From the NCBI GenBank assembly GCA_046351395.1, contig JAXLYP010000017.1, positions 193,508 through 246,456 of the forward strand: 52,949 nucleotides of DNA, written 5' to 3'. Position numbers and translations under genes: made by a program. Under the pieces are notes generated by a model, which worked only from the letters and a program-made list of their open reading frames with translations, was not told the origin of the DNA and searched no databases. Origin of the DNA: Polyangiaceae bacterium. Lineage in GTDB: Bacteria; Myxococcota_A; Polyangia; Polyangiales; Polyangiaceae. Positions 41,798-50,298 of the stretch are shown piece by piece; position 1 is the first letter of the stretch, and each line of letters opens with the position of its first letter.

Positions 41798-42376
41798 CTA
41801 TTGGAACCGGAGCTCGCGGACGAACGCGTAGGTCTTGGGCGCGAGCCGCAGCTGAAAGCTCTGTCCGCCCTCGTTCGCGCGCGACTCGAGGTCTTTTTTG
41901 TAGCGCACGGTGACGACCACGTTCCCCTCGGCGTCGGTTCCTTCGATCGTGTGCGTCCAGGCGTCGGCGGGCCACGCTCGCTTGTCGGAGACGTACGCTT
42001 CGACGGCGATCGCGACGCGCGCGTCGTCGATGTCGTCGGGCCACGGCATGACGAGTTTGCTCTCGCCGGGCGCGATGGGGCCGACGTGATCGAGGACGGA
42101 TGCGTACTTGGGATCGCCCGGCGCGTACTTCCTTTGCGCGGGCGCGGGCCGGAAGAGATCGAGGACGATCGTCCCGTCCGGGAGCATCCTCGCTTGACCA
42201 ATCGCTTCCATGGGACCTCCGCTCGACGCTGGGGCCGATGGTAGCCGCCCTTCCGCGCTTGGCGCGACGGACGCACCCGCGGGCGCCGACGGGGATCCCG
42301 TGGGTGTCCGAGGATCGGCGGAGGAGCAGGCGAAGAACGTGAGGGCGAGGGCGAGGGCCGAACCCGGGAAACGCAT
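41798..42376 (-). CDS. Lipoprotein, unknown function
   Basis: ATG 42376. Lipobox LTFFACS. 192 aa, non-repetitive. Confidence 0.65.
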   Translation of the reverse strand: MRFPGSALALALTFFACSSADPRTPTGSPSAPAGASVAPSAEGRLPSAPASSGGPMEAIGQARMLPDGTIVLDLFRPAPAQRKYAPGDPKYASVLDHVGPIAPGESKLVMPWPDDIDDARVAIAVEAYVSDKRAWPADAWTHTIEGTDAEGNVVVTVRYKKDLESRANEGGQSFQLRLAPKTYAFVRELRFQ

Positions 42377-42384
42377 GCGCGGTT

Positions 42385-43050
42385 CTACGGGCTCGCGGCC
42401 GCCGCGGTCTGCCCGGCTCCGTCGTTTCCTGTGGGCTCGACGACCGGGCTCGCCCCGGTGTCGCGGGCGCGACCCACGAGCTCGTAGTCGTGCTCGAATT
42501 CGGCGCGGACGGCGCCGCGCTCGTCGACCAACCAGGTCGGGGCGACGTGGCGGGGCACTTTGATGCGCTCGGACGGCACGTGACTCCGGAACGCGACGTC
42601 CCAGAGCGGGCTCGTCACACCGTGGTTGAGGCGGGGCGTCTTGTGGTGGTGCAAGAGGTGATGCCGGCGCGCCCAACGCCCGTACGCCGTGGTCGGGGGC
42701 CGCGTGTGGATCCAGCGGTGGAGGACCTCGTACCCGCCATAGACGAGGGAGAAGCCGGCGGCGAACGAGAGGGCGCGACGCGGTCCCACGAGGGGCGTGA
42801 GGGCGCCGCCGAGGAGAGGGATAGCGACCGCGGCGGCGCGCACTTTGCGCGCGGTGGGCGCGAAATAGGTCGGGGTCGCGTGGTGGGCGAGGTGCTCGGC
42901 GTTGAACTCCGCCGCGAGCCCCGAGGGCGTGAGCTTCTCGAGGAGGTTCGGCTTGAGCGCGCGCTTCGGTCCGTGACCGACGAACCGATGAATCGCGTAT
43001 TCGCTCGCCGACCAGCCGAGCCCGCCGAGCGCCATCCAGAGTATCGACAT
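42385..43050 (-). CDS. Fatty-acid hydroxylase / sterol-desaturase-family membrane protein
   Basis: Histidine boxes HRFVGH, EHLAHH, HRWIH, RHHLLHHH. Start ATG 43050 overlaps the TetR stop (TGATG). Confidence 0.75.
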   Translation of the reverse strand: MSILWMALGGLGWSASEYAIHRFVGHGPKRALKPNLLEKLTPSGLAAEFNAEHLAHHATPTYFAPTARKVRAAAVAIPLLGGALTPLVGPRRALSFAAGFSLVYGGYEVLHRWIHTRPPTTAYGRWARRHHLLHHHKTPRLNHGVTSPLWDVAFRSHVPSERIKVPRHVAPTWLVDERGAVRAEFEHDYELVGRARDTGASPVVEPTGNDGAGQTAAAASP

Positions 43051-43820
43051 CACACACGTCCCTTCTTCTTCTTGATCCCAGGCTTCGATGCGGCGGGCTC
43101 GGTCTCTCCGGGCCGCGCGGTGCGAGTCAGTTGGTGCGCGGCGGAGAGCCGCGCGGGGGTCGCCCCCCAGCTCGTGAGCAGCGCGCCGGACGCGAAGCGA
43201 CCAATGTCTGCGACGCTCGGCGCGCGGCGCGCGACGCGACGCGCTTTGTCCATGCAGTGAGCCCCGTGGAGCGCGGACCAGAACGCGTAGACGCGCGCGT
43301 TCGCGTCCCCGGGGGAGAGCGCCTCGGTCTCTTGAGCGAGCGCGAAGACGGACTCCATGCGCTCGAGGAAGGCCCCGAGGAGCGGAGCGGTCTTCGTCGC
43401 CTCTTCGTCGGAGAGGAGTTGTCGGGGGTCCCCGAGGAGGCGCGCGACGAGGCGCCACTCGTGCGGGTGCGTATCGGGGAGAGAGAGGTAGAGGTCGGCG
43501 AGCGTGAGGAGCGTCGCGAGGCTCGCCGTAGCGGGTGCGACCTTGCCGAGCGTCGCGGTGAGGGTCTCGAGCTCGGATTCGAAGTGCGCGCTGATCTCGC
43601 GCACGGCGCGCCGCTGCAGGGCGGCGATGAGCGCGTCCTTGGAAGGGAAGTAGCGGTAGATGGCCGTCGTCACGAGCCCGAGGGTCTGCGCCACGCGCTG
43701 GAGGGTCAGCCCGTCGAGATCGTCGGACTCGAGGATCTCCATCGCGCGGTCCAGGATCGCCTCCGTGCGGAGCTCCCGCCGGTCGCTCGCCCGCGTCGTG
43801 GCGTCGCCGTTGTGAATCAT
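43050..43820 (-). CDS. TetR/AcrR-family transcriptional regulator
   Basis: HTH LTLQRVAQTLGLVTTAIYRYFPSKDAL. ATG 43820 (alternative GTG 43826). Confidence 0.85.
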   Translation of the reverse strand: MIHNGDATTRASDRRELRTEAILDRAMEILESDDLDGLTLQRVAQTLGLVTTAIYRYFPSKDALIAALQRRAVREISAHFESELETLTATLGKVAPATASLATLLTLADLYLSLPDTHPHEWRLVARLLGDPRQLLSDEEATKTAPLLGAFLERMESVFALAQETEALSPGDANARVYAFWSALHGAHCMDKARRVARRAPSVADIGRFASGALLTSWGATPARLSAAHQLTRTARPGETEPAASKPGIKKKKGRV

Positions 43821-43845
43821 GTTCACAATAGTGAACCACGTTCAC
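43811..43845. promoter_or_regulatory. Two adjacent palindromes (putative TetR operators) overlapping the tetR start
   Basis: TGTGAATCATGTTCACA (43811-43827) and GTGAACCACGTTCAC (43831-43845). Both have GTGAA(C)-N-(G)TTCAC symmetry. Confidence 0.55.
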
Positions 43846-43972
43846 GTTGGTGTCAAGCGGGGAGGGATGAAAGGGTTGGGGAGGGATGAACGAGTTGGGG
43901 CGTACGCTCGTCAGACGCCATGCGAACGTTCCCCGCGTCGCGGGATTCCTCCCAGCACTCGAACGACCCCGG

Positions 43973-44728
43973 ATGACGCGCTTCTCTCGAACTTCAACGT
44001 GGGCGATGTGCGCGCTGATCCTCGCGGGGTGCGGCGGCAGTCCCGCGCGTGTCGCGGGGGACCGCGGTCCGAGCGCGTCGGCGAGCGTGGCGGCGAATCC
44101 ACCCGGGGCCACGAGCGCGCCCGAGCCGGTGGGAGGGGACGGCGAGCGGGTCGTGGCGGGCGAGTCGCCCGGGACTCCCGTGATCGCGCCGCCGCCCCCG
44201 GAGGAGCCGCGCCCCGCGCTGCTCTCGACGTGTGAGGAGCGCCGGAGCATCGTGATCCACAAGGCGGAGCGGACGTTGGAGCTTCGATGCGGGGACGCGC
44301 TCGCGGCGCGGTTCGCGGCGTCGCTCGGGAATGCGCCGGAGGGCGCGAAGCAGCACGAGGGGGACGGGCGAACGCCGGAGGGGGACTACTTCATCAGCAT
44401 GAAGTACCCGAGCCAGTACCATCGGTCGCTCCAGCTCGCGTATCCGAACGTCGCGGACGCGGACGCGGGGCTCGCGAAGGGGACGATCAAAGCGACGGAG
44501 CACGCGAAGATCGTGCAGGCGTACGCCACGTGTCGCGAGCCACCCCAGACGACGGCGCTCGGGAGCTTGATCCAGATCCACGGCGGCGGCGGCGGTCCGG
44601 ACGTGGGCGATTGGACGCTCGGTTGCGTCGCCGTGGACAACGACGAGATCGAGGTGGTGTTCGCGTTTCAAAAGCCGGGGTGCGACGCGCAGAATCGCCC
44701 GAACACGCTCGTCCGAATCCTTCCTTGA
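43973..44728 (+). CDS. L,D-transpeptidase (YkuD-domain) lipoprotein
   Basis: Lipobox LILAGC. HEGDGRTPEGDYFI, IQIHGGGG, WTLGCVAVDNDEI (catalytic His/Cys context). Confidence 0.75.
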   Translation: MTRFSRTSTWAMCALILAGCGGSPARVAGDRGPSASASVAANPPGATSAPEPVGGDGERVVAGESPGTPVIAPPPPEEPRPALLSTCEERRSIVIHKAERTLELRCGDALAARFAASLGNAPEGAKQHEGDGRTPEGDYFISMKYPSQYHRSLQLAYPNVADADAGLAKGTIKATEHAKIVQAYATCREPPQTTALGSLIQIHGGGGGPDVGDWTLGCVAVDNDEIEVVFAFQKPGCDAQNRPNTLVRILP

Positions 44729-44918
44729 GGGGCCGACCGCTCCCACGGGCATCGCGGATTGTCTGTCACGCCGCGGGCGCGCGCTCGCTCGGCGGTCGAC
44801 GCGGCGGTGGGACGCGCGCACGCGGGGTCGTTCTCGAGGTGGGGCGGGCGCCTGACGGGAGGCTCGGGAGGCGGTCGACGCGTGCAGCGGGCTGCGCGGA
44901 ACGCGCTATCGTCGACGT

Positions 44919-46043
44919 GTGAGCTCCTACCGAGACGAGCGCGAGGCGCTCCGAGCGCGCGTCGACTCCCTCCAGACGGACGTCGATGGGAAGCAGCGCG
45001 AGCTCGACGCGCTGCGCGCCGCGGGGCCTCCGGCCGAGCGCCTCGACGAGATGGAGCGGCAGGTCGCGGAGGCGCAGCGCGAGATCAAGCGCATGCGCGC
45101 GGCGTATGGGCCGCCGCGATCCCGGTGGCGCGGTGTGGTCGCGGGGGTCGTCGTCGGCGCCGGGGTCGCGACGGGCGTGATGCTCCTCGTGAGAACGAGC
45201 TCCGATCCCGCGCCCGTTTCGGTGGCGTCAGGGAGCGCTCGCCGTGTGAGCCTCGGGTCGTCCGCCGCGGCGGACGTGCGACCGCCACCACTACCTCTGC
45301 CTCCGACTCCGGCGCCGTCCGCGTCGGCGCGACCGTCGCGCACGATGCAGACGGCGTGGAACGCGAAGGTGAAGCGCGCGAAGGGAGCGCCCGTCGCGCT
45401 GGGGGCGCCGTGCGTCGTGAGCGCGACGCTCGTCGAGGACGGGGCGGTCCACGCGTGGGGCGTCTCGGTGAAGTGCGGGGAGGTCTCGCTCTACTCGGCG
45501 AAGGACACGTTCAACGGGACGTCGTCGATCGTGTCCTCGGTGGAGGAGGAGAAAGGGCCCAAGGGGTTCGCTCGCGCGCTCGCGTACGAGGACAAGGGCG
45601 ATCGATCGGGGCGGAGCCAAATCTCGATCGCGACGTGGGACCACGCCGCTCGCGTTTGGGACGAGGGCGTGCGCGCGATGGAGGTGGAGCTCGACGTCGA
45701 CGCGTTCGACGCGCCCACGGAGGAGCACTTCGATCCGAGGACGGGGACGCGGTGCGCGCGCACGAGCGGAGGCGCGCGCGTGAAGAGCGTCGAGGGTATG
45801 CCGGGCGTGCTCGTGGGCGCGCGGTGCACGGTCGCGACGGAGCCCGCGGACGCGGAGTGCAGGGTGACGGTGAAGTGCGGCACGACGCTGCTCTACGATC
45901 GCGGCTTCGCGCCGGTCATCGACGGGGTCATCATGGACGACGCGCCGACCTCGAGCGGGGGCGACCCGCGCCTGCGAATCGAGGGTCGGTCGGTGCTCGT
46001 GTCGGACGAGGGGTGGTCGGTGGGAATCGAGCGCGACAAGTAG
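44919..46043 (+). CDS. Membrane-anchored protein: N-terminal coiled coil, TM, duplicated Cys-containing beta domain; unknown function
   Basis: GTG 44919. TM GVVAGVVVGAGVATGVMLLV. Two related modules (APCVVSATL…VSVKCGEVSLY / ARCTVATEP…VTVKCGTTLLY). Confidence 0.6.
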   Translation: MSSYRDEREALRARVDSLQTDVDGKQRELDALRAAGPPAERLDEMERQVAEAQREIKRMRAAYGPPRSRWRGVVAGVVVGAGVATGVMLLVRTSSDPAPVSVASGSARRVSLGSSAAADVRPPPLPLPPTPAPSASARPSRTMQTAWNAKVKRAKGAPVALGAPCVVSATLVEDGAVHAWGVSVKCGEVSLYSAKDTFNGTSSIVSSVEEEKGPKGFARALAYEDKGDRSGRSQISIATWDHAARVWDEGVRAMEVELDVDAFDAPTEEHFDPRTGTRCARTSGGARVKSVEGMPGVLVGARCTVATEPADAECRVTVKCGTTLLYDRGFAPVIDGVIMDDAPTSSGGDPRLRIEGRSVLVSDEGWSVGIERDK

Positions 46044-47180
46044 ATGAACGCACCGCTCTCATGGCCGGTGACGGTGTTCTTCGTCCTCGTGTTCGGGGTG
46101 CTTCTCCCGCTCGGGGTCGCGGTCATCGCCGCGATCCGCGTGAGAGGGTACCTCGCGCGAGCGAGGCATTTTCGGGACGCGGCGAGCGCGCCGTTCACCG
46201 GTCGCCCGGGGCCCGCCGTGCTGAGCGGGCGGACGCGATGGATCGAGCCCGCGGAGTGCCCGGTCCACGTGACGATCACGCAGGCGGGATCGGAGCGGAC
46301 CGCGAAGGGCAACCCGTACGTCGCGTGGACGGAGCAGGGCCGGCGCGCGCACTTCGCGCCGTTCGAAGTGGAGACGGGGAAGACCCCGATCCGCGTCGAG
46401 CCGGACGACGAGACGCTGTACGCGGACGCGCTGGACGAATCGGAGATTGTCGGTCCGGGTGTCCGTGAGAAGCGAGCGCGCCTGAGTCAGGGCGAGCCGG
46501 TGTGGATCGAGGGAGCGCTACGGCCGACGCGCAACCGGACGGGGGCGGCGACGGCGTATCGGGGCGCGGTGGCGACGGATCCGGAGTCCGTCACGCGCCC
46601 GCTCGTGTTCATGCGCAAGCCGTTCGAGCCGCTGGTGATCCACACGTCGCCTCCTGGGCAGGAGCAGCGATCGCGCATTTTGTTCAACGTCGCGGCGATC
46701 GCGGGCGCGATCGCGGTGTTCCTCGCGATGAACCTCGTGGTGAACCGGGACTTCGTCGACTCGCTGCTCCACGGCCGGGTCGCGCTCGGGGTGGCGACGG
46801 GGCGGCGGACGGAGATCGGCGCCCGGAGCAAGACGGGGGCGGTGATTCGGCTCGTGCACTTCGTGACGTTCGAGCTTCCGCCGAGCGAGCTCGAGCGGAC
46901 GGTCGAAGCGCGCACGGATCCGGAGACGTACGCCGAGGTCGAGCAAGACGAGCACACGCGCAAGACGTGTAGCCGGCTGGTCCGGTACACGCCGGGGGAT
47001 CCGTGGAATGCGGTGCTCGGAGAGCGCCCCCTCGCGCGGTGGTGGGTGGTGGTGGTGTCGCCGATCGTGATGATCCTCGCGGCCGCCTACTTCCTTCAAG
47101 AGCGGAACCTCAGGCCCTGGTACGAGGGGAGGAAGCTGAACGAGACGGAGCCCGGGCGGCTGCCGTGGAGCCCGCGCTGA
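46044..47180 (+). CDS. Three-TM membrane protein, unknown function
   Basis: The ATG directly follows the preceding stop. TMs VTVFFVLVFGVLLPLGVAVIAAI, ILFNVAAIAGAIAVFLAMNLVV, WWVVVVSPIVMILAAAYFL. Confidence 0.6.
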   Translation: MNAPLSWPVTVFFVLVFGVLLPLGVAVIAAIRVRGYLARARHFRDAASAPFTGRPGPAVLSGRTRWIEPAECPVHVTITQAGSERTAKGNPYVAWTEQGRRAHFAPFEVETGKTPIRVEPDDETLYADALDESEIVGPGVREKRARLSQGEPVWIEGALRPTRNRTGAATAYRGAVATDPESVTRPLVFMRKPFEPLVIHTSPPGQEQRSRILFNVAAIAGAIAVFLAMNLVVNRDFVDSLLHGRVALGVATGRRTEIGARSKTGAVIRLVHFVTFELPPSELERTVEARTDPETYAEVEQDEHTRKTCSRLVRYTPGDPWNAVLGERPLARWWVVVVSPIVMILAAAYFLQERNLRPWYEGRKLNETEPGRLPWSPR

Positions 47181-48072
47181 CGGGCGCCGCGTGGACGGAT
47201 TGGATGTACGCGCTCGGTGATGCGCCGACGACGCGCTTGAAGTCGCGCGCGAAGTGGGCCTGATCGGAGTAGCCGAGGGCGAGCGCGAGATCGGCGAGGG
47301 ATGGGGGCGAGGGGGCCTTGAGGCGCTCCGCGGCTTCATGGAGTCGATAGCGAGCGAGCACCCACTTCGGGGTGACGCCGACGAAGCGCTGGAACTGGCG
47401 CTGGAGGGTGCGGACGTCGACGCGCGCGATCCGCGCGACGTCCTCGACGCGCACGAGGGTTCGATCCTCGGAGATCCGCTCCACGAGGTCGCGGACGCGC
47501 GCGATCTCGACGGGGGGGCGCTCGAGGCGGGGGCGGAGGAAGGCTTCGGACGCGTCGATCCGCGCCGCGGTGTCCGGGAGGGATGCGATGAGGCGCCCGA
47601 GCTCGATTCCAGGGGCGCCGAACAGGTCCTCGATGGGGACGACCTTCCCCGTGAGGGTGTGGAGCGAGCGCCCGAGGACGGGGTGGAAGCAGGCGGGTCG
47701 GAATTTGATGCCGAACACCCAGCCATCCCCGTGGAGCGTGCGCTCGAAGCGCGCGCGGGGCACGCCGCTCACCTCGGCGGTCGGGGCGCGTCTGGATTGC
47801 TGGCTCTCGAAGAGGATGTGGACCGTGGGGTGCGGGAGCGTCGCGGCGGTGAAGGGGGCACGAAGGGCCCATTGGACGCTCCAGAAGTGGGCGATGCTGT
47901 GCGCGAGCGCGGCGGAAGGCGCGACGCGATCGTGATGTGTGGTGCCGTTCGGTGCGGGCGGATGGGCGTGAAGGACGCCTCTCGGCGGACCGAGTCGGGG
48001 GCTCTGCGAGCTGAACCGGTCGTGGGCCGACGAACTGAGTGCACGTGCGGGCCGAGGCGTCAGACCCGTCAT
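47110..48072 (-). CDS. AraC-family transcriptional regulator
   Basis: C-terminal HTH pair (VEDVARIARVDVRTLQRQFQRFVGVTPKWVL; LADLALALGYSDQAHFARDFKRVVGASPSAY). The 3' end overlaps the convergent gene by ~70 nt. Confidence 0.75.
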   Translation of the reverse strand: MTGLTPRPARALSSSAHDRFSSQSPRLGPPRGVLHAHPPAPNGTTHHDRVAPSAALAHSIAHFWSVQWALRAPFTAATLPHPTVHILFESQQSRRAPTAEVSGVPRARFERTLHGDGWVFGIKFRPACFHPVLGRSLHTLTGKVVPIEDLFGAPGIELGRLIASLPDTAARIDASEAFLRPRLERPPVEIARVRDLVERISEDRTLVRVEDVARIARVDVRTLQRQFQRFVGVTPKWVLARYRLHEAAERLKAPSPPSLADLALALGYSDQAHFARDFKRVVGASPSAYIQSVHAAPVSAGSTAAARAPSRSASSPRTRA

Positions 48073-48426
48073 CGTAGGTGAAGGAGCGCGACTCGGGGGG
48101 GTTGGGTGGGCCCCCACTCGCGCGCTGGCGCGCGCGGTCTCCCCCTTGTCCGTGCTCGGGCGCGCCCGCGGCGGTGACTTTTTCGTGCGGGGCGCTCGTG
48201 CGGCGCGCCCTGCGCGCGGACGGGGGAGACAGGTCCGACTCACCCCACCCGCTGGATCGTGTGGCGACGATCGACAAGACCCGGTCGCGGCTCCGAGGGT
48301 GCCTCCATGTCGCGAGCCCGGGCTTCAATGCGGGGTATCGGGGGACCGCTCTCCTCGCATCTTGGAGGCGGTAGCCGCCCCCTCGCGCCTATCGCGCGCG
48401 GCGACTCACGTCGCGCGGGGTGCGGT

Positions 48427-48482
48427 GAAGACTCATGCCCCCAAGTTCCCACGTGCGCGAGATGGACACTACTGCGCGGGAA
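48427..48482. repeat. Copy A of a ~55-bp repeat in the 3' region of the Gly-rich lipoprotein paralogs
   Basis: gaagactcatgcccccaagttcccacgtgcgcgagatggacactactgcgcgggaa, versus copy B at 50163-50219. Confidence 0.65.
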
Positions 48483-50106
48483 GCTTCAGCGTCTCCGCGC
48501 CGGATCCGTCGTCGCCCTTGCCGCCGGCATCCGATGCACCACCCAGCCCGCCGCCCGCTCGCGTGGACGTGAAGCCAGCGGCCGGTGCCGAGGTCACGTA
48601 GGCGATTGCCAACGAGTGTCCGCCGTGGCCGCCGCCACCCGCGCCGCCATTGCTGCCCTGGCCTCCCTTGCCTCCATCGCAGGCCGTCGGGGTGCCGGCG
48701 CCAGAGCCGGCATTGCCGCCCTTTCCGCCGACCGCACCAAACTGTCCAGCTGCGCCGCTTCCGCCGGCGCCACCCTTGCCGACGGTGAAGCTCACGCCCG
48801 AGAGAGTTGGGGCCGCGCCCAGGACGATCATCCCGATGCTCGCGCCCCCAGCGCCGCCTCCGGGGGCTCCGTGGCCCCCGCAACCGCCCGCGCCGCCGCC
48901 GCCCCTGCTCGCGCCGCGAATGTCTGCGAGAGGCGGCGTCACGTCCTTGAGTCCCTTCGCGCCGCCGCCTCCGCCTCCGAGGCCGGGACGCCCGTCCTCG
49001 CCGACTCCGCCGGAAGCTCCTGCGTAGCCCATCGAGGAGATTGTCCCCGGCAGGGTCGCGTTCGGGCCCGGCATGACGGAGGCGCCGTTGGAGCCCTGAT
49101 GTCCGGGCGCGCAGCCACCCCCCATGTCACCAGGTCCTCCCACGCCATCATTCCCCGCCACAATCGGGGGCGTTGGCGTCGCAGTCCCATCATCACCCTT
49201 TATGCCGTCGCTTGCGACCGCAACGACCTTTCCACCCTCTCCTCCAGCCCCGCCAGTGGTCGTGCAAAACGGGTTCGTCCCCGGGAGTCCACCTGGATTG
49301 GTCATGGTCGGCGTGGTCGTGTTGGCGTCGGCCCCGACGCCGCCCGCGATGGGGGCGGCCATCGAGTTTGTCGGACCGATGTTGTCCGTCGGCGTGGTGC
49401 TGTCCTGTCCCGCGGCAGCGTCGCCCGTCTCCACGTCCACGTCCGCAAACACGGACGGGACCTCGCCCACGATCACTCCAATCGCGCTCGAGCCCGGCGC
49501 CGCGCCCGCAGTCGCAAGGACCTTCAGGCGGTCGACCTCCGTCGTCCCCTGACCATCCGCCAGCCTCAGGCCGATCTCGCCCGCATCCGGCTCGAGCGTG
49601 GTGCGCGCGTCCGCCGCCTTGATCTTGTACCCCGCCGAACAATCCAGGCCGCCATACACGACCACCCCCGCCGGAAGCACGATGCCGCTCGTGTCCGTCA
49701 GCGCGCCCTCACAGACATAGATCGTCTTGCCCGCCGTCCACGCGATGACCGCGGCGCTCAACGTCTTGAGGGGCGCCGCCATCGTCCCCGCCTGCATGTT
49801 GTCGCCCCCCACCGGGTCGACGAACACCCCGCACGAGTCCCCCTTCGTCGGACCGCTCGTCAGAGACACGGCGCAGTCCATCGACACCCCCGTGCTGCTC
49901 GACGTCATCGTCGCGGATGACGAATTCGTCATGCTCGCCGCCGTCGTACTCGAGGTCGCGCCTCCTGCGCCCCCGGAGCAAGGAGCCGAGTGATCCGCGC
50001 AGGAGTCCGTGGACTCCGAGGGGCACCCGGCCATGAGGCTCGCGAGCGCGAGCGACGCCACGAGCGCGCAGGCGCTGGTCTTGATGTGCGAACGAGGAAG
50101 CGTCAT
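48469..50106 (-). CDS. Gly-rich (beta-helix-like) lipoprotein, paralog of 50299-51897
   Basis: ATG 50106. Lipobox SLMAGC. Ser/Thr linker, conserved N-domain (…CGVFVDP…KTIYVCEGAL…), then a long GGxGG-rich region. Ends …ETLKLPAQ*. Confidence 0.7.
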   Translation of the reverse strand: MTLPRSHIKTSACALVASLALASLMAGCPSESTDSCADHSAPCSGGAGGATSSTTAASMTNSSSATMTSSSTGVSMDCAVSLTSGPTKGDSCGVFVDPVGGDNMQAGTMAAPLKTLSAAVIAWTAGKTIYVCEGALTDTSGIVLPAGVVVYGGLDCSAGYKIKAADARTTLEPDAGEIGLRLADGQGTTEVDRLKVLATAGAAPGSSAIGVIVGEVPSVFADVDVETGDAAAGQDSTTPTDNIGPTNSMAAPIAGGVGADANTTTPTMTNPGGLPGTNPFCTTTGGAGGEGGKVVAVASDGIKGDDGTATPTPPIVAGNDGVGGPGDMGGGCAPGHQGSNGASVMPGPNATLPGTISSMGYAGASGGVGEDGRPGLGGGGGGAKGLKDVTPPLADIRGASRGGGGAGGCGGHGAPGGGAGGASIGMIVLGAAPTLSGVSFTVGKGGAGGSGAAGQFGAVGGKGGNAGSGAGTPTACDGGKGGQGSNGGAGGGGHGGHSLAIAYVTSAPAAGFTSTRAGGGLGGASDAGGKGDDGSGAETLKLPAQ

Positions 50107-50162
50107 GGGTGTTCTCCGAACGGAGCGGCAGTTGGAGGGCGGAGGAGTGTGCGTGCGCGGAC

Positions 50163-50219
50163 GAAGACTCATGCCCCCAAGTCTTCTTACGTGCGCGAGA
50201 TGGACGCTATTGCGCCGAA
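50163..50219. repeat. Copy B of the ~55-bp repeat; contains a perfect 7-bp-stem hairpin
   Basis: gaagact-catgccccca-agtcttc (50163-50186), followed by ttacgtgcgcgagatggacgctattgcgccgaa. Confidence 0.65.
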
Positions 50220-50298
50220 AGTTAAAATTCTCGTGCCGCGGCCTCCTACGCTCGAGTCCAACCCCAACGAATCCCATGGTCGAGACTGCCGAAGCCAT

